This document shows positions 48,215-58,129 of a stretch of DNA of 64,000 bases, piece after piece (positions within the stretch are counted from its first letter, which is position 1; each line of letters opens with the position of its first letter). The notes under the pieces were generated by a model that worked only from the letters and a program-made list of their open reading frames with translations, was not told where the DNA came from and did no database searches. The position numbers and the translations under genes are program-made. Source of the DNA: an uncultured Chloroflexia bacterium (GTDB lineage: Bacteria > Chloroflexota > UBA5177); assembly GCA_963737125.1 (NCBI GenBank), contig CAVTRL010000005.1, positions 38,870 to 102,869 of the forward strand, written 5' to 3'.

Positions 48215-49015
48215 CTACGAGACGATAACGGTCCCCACCATTCCCGGGTGGTACGAGCACTTGTAGTGGTACGTACCGCGCTTCTTGAACGTGTATCGTA
48301 GCGACGATCCGGGATTTAGCTTCTTATCGTACTTCCAACTCTTCGTCGTGCTCGTCACTGTATGCGATGCACTCGTCGCGTTCTTCCAGATGACGGTCTG
48401 TCCTACCCTGATCCTCGTCTTGACCGGGCCGAAAACATACCGACCGTTCACTTGTTTCGCGTGTACGGTTACGGATCCGGCAGGTGGCTGTGCTGTACTG
48501 GTCAGAAGCGGAACCGGCGTGGAGGTCGGTGCAACCAGGGTGGAAGTCGGTGGAATGGGTGTCGGAGCAGCTGGGGCCAGGGTAGGTGCCGGCACAACGG
48601 TTGTGGCCGGAACAGGCGTGGCGGTGGCTGGTACGGAACTCGCGGTGGGTGGAATCGGCGTGGACTGGGCCTGGACGATGATGGTCGCCATCATGTCGGG
48701 ATGCACCGCGCAGTGATACGTAAACGTCCCAGCTTGGTCGAATTTCACGCTCGCGGACCGGCCGGACTCTATAAGAGGTGTGTTCCAGGCGTTGGAGTCG
48801 CTGGTCGCGGTGTGAGCCACCGCGTCGGAATTGGTCCACGTTACTGTCGTACCGACGGACACGGTCAGCGTCGCGGGACTAAAGGCGAAATTCGCGATCG
48901 AAATAGAGGCGGTTTGTGCGCGGACGGCCGGTGCCGTGCGTACTCCAACGCTTCCGGCCACAAGTGCGGCCAGCAAGCCGAGCGTCCACGGACGCCACAG
49001 TACCCTGGAAATCAT
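48215..49015 (-). CDS. Secreted protein with two cupredoxin (plastocyanin/amicyanin-like) domains and a PT-rich linker
   Basis: Signal peptide; AHTAT...CAVHPDM and SHTVT...CSYHPGM type-1 Cu ligands. Confidence 0.88.
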   Translation of the reverse strand: MISRVLWRPWTLGLLAALVAGSVGVRTAPAVRAQTASISIANFAFSPATLTVSVGTTVTWTNSDAVAHTATSDSNAWNTPLIESGRSASVKFDQAGTFTYHCAVHPDMMATIIVQAQSTPIPPTASSVPATATPVPATTVVPAPTLAPAAPTPIPPTSTLVAPTSTPVPLLTSTAQPPAGSVTVHAKQVNGRYVFGPVKTRIRVGQTVIWKNATSASHTVTSTTKSWKYDKKLNPGSSLRYTFKKRGTYHYKCSYHPGMVGTVIVS

Positions 49016-49150
49016 GCGATCCTCCCCGTGATGACGTGTCACTTAGCAACAACATACGCGTCTTGGTTACACCTGACCCATAATCGGGCTTCACGCGCCA
49101 ATGTCACCACACATCGCCATCAACTGGCGTTCATCTTTTCGAGAATCATC

Positions 49151-49387
49151 TTGGACGACGGCTCCTGGGCAGTCATCAGTGTGACGGATCACGGCCCGGG
49201 TATCGAGTCGGAGATGCTCTCACGGGTCTTCGAGCGCTTCGCCACCGGGAATCGCTACGACGGGCTCGGACTCGGCCTCTATCTCTCCCACCGGATCGTG
49301 GAGGCACACGGCGGCACCCTCACCGTGGAATCGTCGGTCGGCACGGGAACCACCTTCTGGCTGGCCCTTCCCTGCCGAGAACGGTGA
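49151..49387 (+). pseudogene. Histidine kinase HATPase C-terminal fragment
   Basis: VTDHGPGI, VFERF, GLGLGL, HGG present; no H-box or N-box upstream. Confidence 0.75.
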
Positions 49388-49507
49388 TCGCCCCATACTC
49401 CACCCATCATCCGATCTCGGATCTGCCGGCGTTTCCCACGGGCGGACGGACGAAAGCTACGAGCCCACACAGCCATTGAGGCATGAACTTGCAGCAACTC
49501 CTCCGGG

Positions 49508-49984
49508 TCAGTCGTGTACCTTTCGCCCTCTGCATACCGCATCGTACGGGCTGCACTCGGCCTCACGAGCCTTCTGCTCCGACACGTTTGTAGACCCAGC
49601 CGCGCCGTGCGCCAGTGCGAACTCCACACATCGATACGCCTGATCGACCTCGAATGGCTTCACGAGCACTGCGGCGACATCCGCCAGTACTGATTCCGGG
49701 AGCGACTGCAGTGCCCACATGTCGCCGGAGCACATGACAACCGGCACATCGCGCGTCTTCGAGTGCTCCTTCAACGTCTGCAGCACTGTGATGCCCGCGC
49801 CATGCTGCGGCAGGTGAAGATCGAGAATCACAACATCTGGCCGCTTGGTTCCCGCAACAAGCAACGCGTCGCGAACTTCGTCACCGGTGCTCAGTGCTAC
49901 CGTATCCCATCCTCGATTCGCAAAAACATCACACATAAACTTCCGACTCACACTGTTGTCGTCGACAATCGCAACACACGTCAT
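49508..49984 (-). CDS. Single-domain (CheY-like) response regulator
   Basis: IVDDN, VILDLHLP, CSG, VKPF; GGGAGG RBS. Confidence 0.8.
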   Translation of the reverse strand: MTCVAIVDDNSVSRKFMCDVFANRGWDTVALSTGDEVRDALLVAGTKRPDVVILDLHLPQHGAGITVLQTLKEHSKTRDVPVVMCSGDMWALQSLPESVLADVAAVLVKPFEVDQAYRCVEFALAHGAAGSTNVSEQKAREAECSPYDAVCRGRKVHD

Positions 49985-50108
49985 CGCATACCCTCCCACA
50001 GGTTCCTTCACTGGTGTCGCCCGGACCCGGCCCAGCATCGGGCCGGCCATCGACGAGTACGGAAGCCCGGTACCGGATGCTCCTGAGAGGTGACACCAGT
50101 ATCGTCCT

Positions 50109-50124
50109 TGCAAGACGCATGCCG
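50109..50124 (-). promoter_or_regulatory. sigma54-like -24/-12 element
   Basis: CGGCAT-GCGTC-TTGCA upstream of the receiver gene. Confidence 0.55.
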
Positions 50125-50636
50125 CGATATTCCCGTTTCGCCTATTCATCAAGTTATATAGCGAGCCATGTACCCGGGGCAGCTCCTTCCGCGAGGAGAA
50201 CAGGACCTAACGCGCGATCGTCGCACCTGCATCTGCGAGAGCCGTGAGCGGGCGTATGGCGCCCTCCCGCCTTTCTGTCCACAGCGCACGCCAACGTGGT
50301 CATTGAGAGCGTGTTGCCGGCGACGTAGACCGACCTGTGACGCCCGGTTAATCGAATTGCCGAGCACCGGGTGCACACGCCGTTCAGGACTGTCGTTCCC
50401 CGGGCGCTATCGTCGCCGGCAAGCGGGTTCACCGCGCGGCGAGCGATGAGCAAGAAACCGTGCTGGCGCCAGAACAGAAGTCCTTGGTTACTCAGGCTCA
50501 GATGGCGGACTTGCGATTATCGCTGTTGTACCGGCTTGAGCGGGATGAAATACTTCAACTCAGTGCGCAAACCCATGCGCTTCCCGCAAGCCGGAAGCGC
50601 ACCAGGCGGCACCAGTTGGATTGTCGGAGATCGATA

Positions 50637-51338
50637 CTAACGACCGGGCGGCGTGGAGCTACTGGGGGGCGCCGGCATCTTGCCGATCAGAACGGTCTGA
50701 GCCGTCTTGGAACTCCCGGACTTGGTAGCCATCACACCTACCTGCTCACCTACTGTGAGCGCAGGATGACTGGATGACAGCTTGCCGTTAACCAGATAGT
50801 GAGTCGAGCCCGTGAGTTTAAATGTCGTGAGGCCGCCCGACGTCTTGATTACGAGGACCGACAAGCTCACCATGGCGATTCTTCCCTGAACCGGCGGTGT
50901 TCCCCCAGCCGGTGGCCTGCCTCCGGGCCTCCTGGCCCTCCTGGTCCTCCGGACTGTCCGTCCACCCAGCGTAATGACCTTTGCCGTGTAGACGCCGGAC
51001 TTCGATTTGGTACCGGTGAATCCGATCTGCTCACCCTTCTTCCACGACGGCCTGGTGCTGGTCGACTTGCCATTGACCATGTACTTGGTCGCGGAGGTTA
51101 CTATAACCGTGGCACTGTGGCGCGACGGCATGACGCTGATCTTCAGGGTGTTGCCGGATGCGGATGTCAGCGTCCCCACCACGCCCGATCCGGGTGGCGG
51201 TCCGGACGGGCGCAGGGGCTGAGTCGTCTTGGTTTTGGCAAAAACGCTGCTCGCTCCCGGCTGAACCGCAATGGCCAGCGCGCCGGTCAGTGTGAGGGCT
51301 GCCGCCACCTGTGCTAATCGACCTGGTTGTACTTGCAT
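50637..51338 (-). CDS. Secreted DUF5666-like two-domain OB-fold protein
   Basis: Signal peptide; two repeats of G...T-x-Y-x-VNGK...GEQ(I/V)G...TA; GAGGAG RBS. Confidence 0.7.
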   Translation of the reverse strand: MQVQPGRLAQVAAALTLTGALAIAVQPGASSVFAKTKTTQPLRPSGPPPGSGVVGTLTSASGNTLKISVMPSRHSATVIVTSATKYMVNGKSTSTRPSWKKGEQIGFTGTKSKSGVYTAKVITLGGRTVRRTRRARRPGGRPPAGGTPPVQGRIAMVSLSVLVIKTSGGLTTFKLTGSTHYLVNGKLSSSHPALTVGEQVGVMATKSGSSKTAQTVLIGKMPAPPSSSTPPGR

Positions 51339-51446
51339 GTCTAGCTCCTCACTGTGTTTGGACTCACTTCTACATCGGGAATGCCTTGTGGCGAATTCGA
51401 GACATACACCTCCGGTTTCAGATACCACCGTTGACAGGTCCGGAAA

Positions 51447-53728
51447 TCATGCGGCCGATCGACAGTCGTAGAGCTGTCCGGCCCCTTGCGAGCCTGGTCC
51501 GCCGGATCCCGCGGTCGAGCGATTGCCGGTACGGGTTGACGTGTCATAGGTCCCGCGGCCACGACACTACAGCGCGACGTCACCCAGTTCGTTAATCGGT
51601 CGTTTACCGAGCTCAGGCCCGCGTCGACTCCTCCCGGCAAAGCGGCGCCGCCGGGCCCCATGGAGGAACCAGTACCGGAGAGTAGGAAGAAGCGAACTTC
51701 ACCGCGTGATACGCGTTGCTTCAATTGCGCCAGTGAAAGAATTTTGTCCCATCCCTGGTACCCTCCCAGGTCCATCACCGGCGCACCCGTCTTCAGGATG
51801 AAGAGACTGGCATATGACGAGGTAGCTGTGGCAACGAGATAGCGCGCACTGCCCCGATGTTTTTCGAGGTAGGTCACGAGACCCGGGTCAAGCGCCGCCG
51901 TGACATTTCCCGCGAACGTGATCGCGCCACCGCCGCCCGGGCCACCACCGAAACCGGGGCCGCCGCCCCCTGGCCGCGTGCCTACACTATTGCGCGCGCC
52001 GGCATTAGTGCCGCTTGCGGTGGCAAAACTTTGTGCGGACGGTTTGGTTACGCCGGTGGTTAGAGATGCCCCGTTCAGCGATCCACCGGGCCGTGCCCCG
52101 CCCGGTCCGCCGCCCCCGGGTCCACCCTGACCGAAGCCGACGTTTGGTCCTGCTTGAGGCAGCCAGGCGGCGCCATTGCCGTTCGCGATCGAATCCGCGG
52201 CGAAGGCAGACGGGACCACCAGCAGGGAAGCCATGCCTACCACCGCCGCTGCCAGCGTTGTGCGCGGATTGAACCGCAGAATCGCGTCGGGCGCAAATAC
52301 TAAGGTCCACCGCAAGAGTCCGGCGATGAGCATGCCGGCAATCAGAACACACGCCGCAAGAACCAACGGACCGAGCCACGAACTCCAGGTAGGATACCCG
52401 CTCAAAATATGCATCTGCGCGATGCCCGAGGCTATCAGCGCGGCCGGCAGAGGCCACCCCTGCCAGGAATGCGTTCGGCGGGAGGTTGTGGCCGCGCGGT
52501 AATCGCTCCAGAGGCGAGCTATCCCAATGCCGGTAAGAGCCGAGACCGGGGGCGCGAGGAGGATCAAGTAATACAGGTGATAGAACCTGGCCACGCTGAA
52601 GAACAATCCGGCGAACAGTAGCCACGCACCCCAGAACAACAGGGCGGCGCGCTCTCGACGAATCGAACCTGAGGAGCGGCGGCGGAGCAAGGCGACGGTG
52701 AGTCCCACCAGCGCCAGCGGTAAGAGCCAGCTCGCTTGCGACCCGATAACGGGCCGGAAGAGTCGAAGAAGTCCGGGGTTACCGATATCCATCGAGATGC
52801 CCGGTACGATGGAGCCGTCGATCTTCACGTGGAGGAATGGAATCGCTGGCAGGTGGCTCAGCAGTCCCGTGGTCAGCCGGCCGAACCCGTTGTACCCGAG
52901 AGCCAGGCTCAGCTCGGAGTTCGTGCCGCTGTCACTCACGTACGGGCGCTGACCGGCCGGGGTGAGATCCACCGCGACAATCCATGACAGCGACACCACA
53001 AGGGTCACCAGCCCGGCAAGGACCATATGGCCCAGGCGCATCGGAAGCCGGCGGTTCGATCCAACCAGGTACGCGATAAAGAGGGGAGGAAGCACGATAA
53101 GCGCTTCCATTTCTTTGATGTTGAAGCCGAGACCGACGAAGACGGCGCCCAGCACGAGCCAGCGCAGTCGCCCGGATTCCATCGCTCGAAAGACCGCCCA
53201 GGCACTCAACAGGAGCACAAAGATCAGAACACTGTCGGACGTATTGTTACGGTTGTCCACGACCGCCACGGGCGTGAGAGCAAAGGACAGAGCCGCGACC
53301 AGGCCGGCCGGGTAGCCGAACATGCGCCCCACCAGCGAATACAGCACGATCACCGACAGGACGGCGGCAATGCCCTGTGGAATCAACATGCTCACGCCGC
53401 TGAAACCGAAGAGCTTGACGCTGGCCACCTGCAGCCAGAGGCCGAGCGGCGGTTTATCAACCGATACAAAGCCGCCTGGATCGAATGCGACGAAAAAGAA
53501 ATTGTGCCAATTCATTGACATGCTTTTGACGGCCGCGGCGTAGTAGGTATTCGCGTAGCCCTCGGTAGCCAGACCGATGAAGTTGAGAACGGCCGCCAGG
53601 GCGACGATGGGTCCAAGTGCAATGCGTTGCAAGGGGACCTGTGGAGCTATTCGGAAAAGGGCCAGCGGGTCGATGCGCAGTGGCGACGTATCGGCCTGCT
53701 CTACTTCGTGGGCCTGAGCTGCGCTCAT
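51447..53728 (-). CDS. Glycosyltransferase family 39 (YkcB/ArnT-like) membrane protein, C-terminal frameshift at ~51553
   Basis: NTYYAAAV, VDKPP, RNN, GFNIK, RPYV...GYNG; shifted frame restores ...GQLYDCRSAA* ending at 51447. Confidence 0.85.
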
Positions 53729-53825
53729 GGTAAATCCTTCCTTATAGAGAAAAAGCTTGATGCCGTCTGCTTCGACGACTTCGCGCGGAAATCAAGGGGG
53801 CGATTGATGACTATGCCGGAGTCCG

Positions 53826-54115
53826 TCAGAAGACCCAGTGCAACCGTTCGGGGGCTGCCGCCTTGACGGTGAGCGCAGTCGTGACGTGCTTGACGGCTTG
53901 CAGATTTGCCCAGAGCAGCGTCAGCGAAATGAGGGGTAACAGAACGTCGATATCCACACCCTCGTTTTAATGCCCGAGATGAGCCATTCGTAGGCGAGTA
54001 TTAATTGGATTACAGCCAATCCGGCCGGTAAGCCGATTCCGCGCTCCGCGTTGGAGCTACCGATGTCATCAGCGTCAGCGTCGTCGTATGATGTTGTCCT
54101 CAAATGTCTTCTCAT
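53826..54115 (-). pseudogene. Internally deleted DoxX-like membrane protein
   Basis: N-terminal IQLILAYEWLISGIK joined out of frame to C-terminal EGVDIDVLLPLISL...*. Confidence 0.5.
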
Positions 54116-54283
54116 TGAAACGTCCTCAGGTTTGAATTGGAATGGCTCTTCCGGGCGTGCCGGTGGATCACCGAGAGCTCCAAGGAAAGCGGTACGTAGT
54201 TAGATGCGTCCCGGATGAGGCGCACTACCGCCGGCCCGGAGCTGTTCATGGGCCGGTGGAGTTCGCGACTGCGACGCAGGGCG

Positions 54284-54658
54284 TTACGAGAGACGCGCGC
54301 TTTTGACCGCGGCTTGCAGCGAGCTGATGTACGCCTGGCTGATACTGGTCGCGCCCGAAACCTCGCTGATGCGTGCGCTCTGTGCCGAGAGTGTTTCCTG
54401 TATCAACACCGGAACGGCCCGGTCATCAAGAATCTCCGAGCGGGCGGTGTGCGTCGGATCGGTTACCTTTACCGTCGTTATCTTCTTCCCTTTGACGGTA
54501 ATGGCGACTTGAATCGTCCCCCATCGGGTGGCGATGGGTGTTCCCTTATATGTATGTGCCTTAGCAGCAGCGGCGGAGGTTGGCGTGCTCGTCATCATTC
54601 CGGCAATCGGAGCTCCGGTGAGGGTTGTAAACAGTAACGTTGCGAGTCTGCGGTTCAT
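54284..54658 (-). CDS. Secreted FMN-binding (flavinylation substrate) protein
   Basis: Signal peptide; TRWGTIQV, EVSGATSIS ([S/T]GA[S/T] motif), YISSLQAA. Confidence 0.85.
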   Translation of the reverse strand: MNRRLATLLFTTLTGAPIAGMMTSTPTSAAAAKAHTYKGTPIATRWGTIQVAITVKGKKITTVKVTDPTHTARSEILDDRAVPVLIQETLSAQSARISEVSGATSISQAYISSLQAAVKSARLS

Positions 54659-55076
54659 AGGTGTCATCCTTCTCGTATCGACGTAGGCCGATCCAAAGCG
54701 TCGGCGTAGTTCCAAGCTACCGCCCACGAATGACCTCTGTATGCGCCGCACATGACGGTTTGATTATGGTTTCCGAGTTTCGTCCGTTCAGTCCCTTCGG
54801 AGTGCAGCCCCAATGAGGGTTCCAGTTTCTGACAGCCGGGCTGACTTTCCTCACCAACAACGGCCTCCGTTCCGGTCGCCGGCTCGGGGGCGGTTGATGT
54901 CATCAAACCTTCATCTGCAGCACAGAAGGTCCTCATCTTCCGTCGGTACGCTGAAGCCATAGTCCCTGTTGCCTATCGTTTCCCTTTCGGGAGCTTTGGC
55001 CACACCACAGTGGTGTTGATGCCGTTCGCGACTCGACACTAACTTACGCGCAATCCATACCAAGGAGCTTCGTACC

Positions 55077-56054
55077 ATGCAGGTCATTGAAACCGTTCCC
55101 CAAAAGGCTGCGAACGTCCCCATCGACGTCGCGCCGCCCATGTATTCGGTCGTCGCCCCCGTCTTCAACGAGGCGGAAACGCTTCCCCACTTCTACTCTC
55201 GGGTGATCGCAGTCATGCAGGAATTAGGGGAGCCATTCGAACTGCTGCTGGTGGACGACGGCAGCACCGACGGGTCCCACGAAGTATTGCGGGTGCTCCA
55301 CGCGGGGGACCATCGAGTACGTGTCGTGTCCTTCTCGCGCAACTTCGGACACCAGATGGCGATCTCGGCCGGGCTGGATCACGCCCGCGGCTCGGCGGTC
55401 ATCATCCTCGATTCCGATCTACAAGATCCGCCGGAAGTCATTCCCCAGCTCATCGAGCGCTGGCGGGCAGGCGCTGAAGTCGTGTACGCGCAACGCGCCA
55501 GCCGAAAGGGAGAGACCCGTTTCAAGCTCCTCACGGCGGCCGCGTTCTACCGGCTCATCAGTCACATTACCGCCGTAAAAATACCGGAAGATACCGGCGA
55601 CTTCCGGTTACTTGACCGTACCGTCGTGGACACTCTCGTGAAAATGCGAGAGCAACACCGGTTTATGCGTGGACTTTCCGCCTGGGTCGGCTTTCGGCAG
55701 GAGGCGGTCGCATATAGCCGCCAGGAGCGCTACGCCGGAAGCACCAAGTACCCGTTACGCGCCATGATCCGCTTTTCGATCGATGCGATCACCAGTTTCA
55801 GCCACGTCCCTCTACAACTGGCAACCAGTCTGGGTTTTTTGCTGGCCGGCATCAGCCTGGCCGGAATCGTGATCGCGGCGATTCTACGGGTTGTGAATCA
55901 CGCCATCGTCGGACAGGCGTCCACGCTCATTCTGGTGTTGCTCGTGGGCGGCGTGCAGCTGATCTTCCTGGGTATCATCGGGGAATATCTCGGTCGTATC
56001 TACGACGAGGTCCGGGCGCGGCCCCTTTACATCGTGCGTGACGTACTGGACTGA
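55077..56054 (+). CDS. GT2 polyprenol-phosphate glycosyltransferase (GtrB/YkcC-like)
   Basis: [32 protein letters not shown], two C-terminal TMs, GEYLGRIY. Confidence 0.92.
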   Translation: MQVIETVPQKAANVPIDVAPPMYSVVAPVFNEAETLPHFYSRVIAVMQELGEPFELLLVDDGSTDGSHEVLRVLHAGDHRVRVVSFSRNFGHQMAISAGLDHARGSAVIILDSDLQDPPEVIPQLIERWRAGAEVVYAQRASRKGETRFKLLTAAAFYRLISHITAVKIPEDTGDFRLLDRTVVDTLVKMREQHRFMRGLSAWVGFRQEAVAYSRQERYAGSTKYPLRAMIRFSIDAITSFSHVPLQLATSLGFLLAGISLAGIVIAAILRVVNHAIVGQASTLILVLLVGGVQLIFLGIIGEYLGRIYDEVRARPLYIVRDVLD

Positions 56055-56581
56055 GCGGTCCCGTTCGCACCCGGTCTATGGTCCTGGGCGACCGCCGGAC
56101 CGTGCTTGTGGGGCACAAAACGTCGGACCTGGGCCTGGTAGCGGTGACGAGCAACAACAGTGCAGCGAACGCACACGACTTCTAACCTCCGCCGCCATCG
56201 GGGTGGTGCATGCCTGCATCCGGTCGTGCGCCACCCGATCGCGGCCACCTGACAACCGGTTCGGCGCCAGTCTACCGGTGGTTCAGGTGACTCGCATATC
56301 TCCCCGTCGCGCATGGCCGGACCACTGCCCCGAAACGAGCGGTGATGGTTTGTGCCCGGCAGCAAGCACCGGGGGATGTAGCCACCGATAAACAGCAATT
56401 CGAATACCGAGCATGCCTTTCCATTCCGTGAGCGTGCTTGACACTCGCCACCCCACTTACCCAGACCGATGTCCACACGAGACAATGCACGCGAGTCTGT
56501 GCAAAGAAAGCACGTTCGGTCAAGTGTGGGCCGAAGCAACTGCGGAAGTTGGGACCATCGAGCATATCGGAGTTGCTGATA

Positions 56582-57160
56582 TCAGACTGGCGACTCCTCG
56601 TCAAAGTCCTCACGCCGCCGGGTTAGCATGGCCTCGACCGAGATCGCGCCAGGCCCCAGCCACAGGATGCAGGCGGCCGCACCGGCCAGCAGGACATCAC
56701 GTATAACGTCCCACCATCCAACCGTATTGCCACCGGCCAGGAACGACAGAATCACGTTCCCGTTGCCGGCGCCGCCAAAACACCCACAGGGATGCGACGT
56801 GTTCCCGGTAAGGAGGGCATCGACCAATGCCACCAAAAACGTACTGAGGAGGATCAATGACCCGAGGGCGCCAATACGGCTCATGAATCCGCTGACCAGG
56901 TACAGGCCCACCAACAACTCCAGCCAGGGCACGACAAAGGCGAAAGGCAACACCAGATTGGGCGGCAGGATATGGAACGCGCGCACCGCGTCGGCGAACG
57001 ATCCGGGCGACTGAATCTTGGAAACACTTGCCAGCAGGAAAATGCCTCCCACCAGCAGTCGAGCCACCAGCAGCCCAACCGACCTTCCATCTACGGTGTC
57101 GGACTCGACAATCTCCGAGCGCCGTCCGCCGGCCACAGCCCGCTCACTCTCGGGGGACAC
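56582..57160 (-). CDS. MauE/DoxX family redox-associated membrane protein
   Basis: ASVSK, PWLEL, CGCFG, RD. Confidence 0.85.
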   Translation of the reverse strand: MSPESERAVAGGRRSEIVESDTVDGRSVGLLVARLLVGGIFLLASVSKIQSPGSFADAVRAFHILPPNLVLPFAFVVPWLELLVGLYLVSGFMSRIGALGSLILLSTFLVALVDALLTGNTSHPCGCFGGAGNGNVILSFLAGGNTVGWWDVIRDVLLAGAAACILWLGPGAISVEAMLTRRREDFDEESPV

Positions 57161-57219
57161 GAGTGTGCCTCCCGGTAGTGGAATTGCGGGCCACGACCCA
57201 TGATCCGAGCCGTACGGTG

Positions 57220-57969
57220 CTAAGTGCCATGTACGGCGAGCGCCTTGTTCAACTGCGCAGCCAGCGTACTGTAACTTTCATGATTGTCCGCCGCATACCC
57301 GATCTTGCCGTTCGGGTCGATTACGTACAGACCGGGGTATCCCGTTATTCCGTACTTGTTCACCGTGCCGAATTGCGGGTCGATGAGTTGAGGATGCTGG
57401 ACGTTGAAGGTCTTCGCGAACCAGGAGAGATCGCTTAGCGTCGCGAGGGACAGATCCGTGCGTCCGCTATTGTCATAGTTGCGAGCGTATGGGTTTGAGA
57501 GTATCGACCAGACTCGCACGCCTTTCGGCGTGAAGTCTTTGGTGACCTGTGCCATGATCGGCGCCTCTCCCTGGCAAATCGGACACCATACGGCGAAGAA
57601 CTCGAGCAATACCGGATGCCCACGCTGAGCGGCAAGCTGGTGGACCGTGCCGCTCGTATCTTTAAGAGAAAAATCGGGGGCAACGCTCCCCACCGGGAGA
57701 AGCTGAGGGTTGGGATTGAGAGCGTTCGGATTGGCCAGCGCTGCCGGCGTGGCCGCGACACTCATGGAGCGATACACGGCCCATGCGACGATGGCCAGGA
57801 CGACCAGAACGGTTGTTATGGCACCGATGATATTGAGCTGAGAAAACCGTTGACGCGATGACGCACGCTGCCGGGACCGGGACGTAGGCTTACGAGAGCC
57901 ATCACGCCGTTGTGCAGCGCGCTGCTTGTTGAGCGAGCCCGCTGCCTTTCCAGAATTTTTTGTTGCCAT
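57220..57969 (-). CDS. Membrane-anchored TlpA/ResA-like thioredoxin
   Basis: Basic N-terminus plus TM, APDFSL, FFAVWCPIC, YP, IDPNGKI. Confidence 0.88.
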   Translation of the reverse strand: MATKNSGKAAGSLNKQRAAQRRDGSRKPTSRSRQRASSRQRFSQLNIIGAITTVLVVLAIVAWAVYRSMSVAATPAALANPNALNPNPQLLPVGSVAPDFSLKDTSGTVHQLAAQRGHPVLLEFFAVWCPICQGEAPIMAQVTKDFTPKGVRVWSILSNPYARNYDNSGRTDLSLATLSDLSWFAKTFNVQHPQLIDPQFGTVNKYGITGYPGLYVIDPNGKIGYAADNHESYSTLAAQLNKALAVHGT

Positions 57970-57979
57970 GGTAGTGAAT

Positions 57980-58118
57980 TCCTTTCGTACCGGAGTATCC
58001 ATCGAGGTTTGCGCTGTCCCGGCAGGAAAAGAGGATGGACCGGTGGCGTGCACATCACCGTAGATTGGGACGCTGCCATCAGCGCGGATAAGAAATCCGC
58101 ACAGTTCTTTCCTACCGG
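57980..58118 (-). promoter_or_regulatory. Putative translational attenuator (A:B versus B:C pairing over the RBS)
   Basis: A CCGGTAGGAAAG (58118-58107) and C CCGGTACGAAAGGA (57993-57980, includes SD) are both complementary to B TCTTTTCCTGCCGG (58032-58019). Confidence 0.55.
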
Positions 58119-58129
58119 CGCTTCACTGT

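Noticed and set aside
51950-52140. G/C-rich repeats as a DNA repeat element
   Set aside because: They encode GGPGG linkers normal for YkcB-like proteins.
56055-56581. Cys-rich ORFs or a riboswitch in the 530-nt gap
   Set aside because: No RBS-supported ORF or recognisable aptamer consensus; left unexplained.
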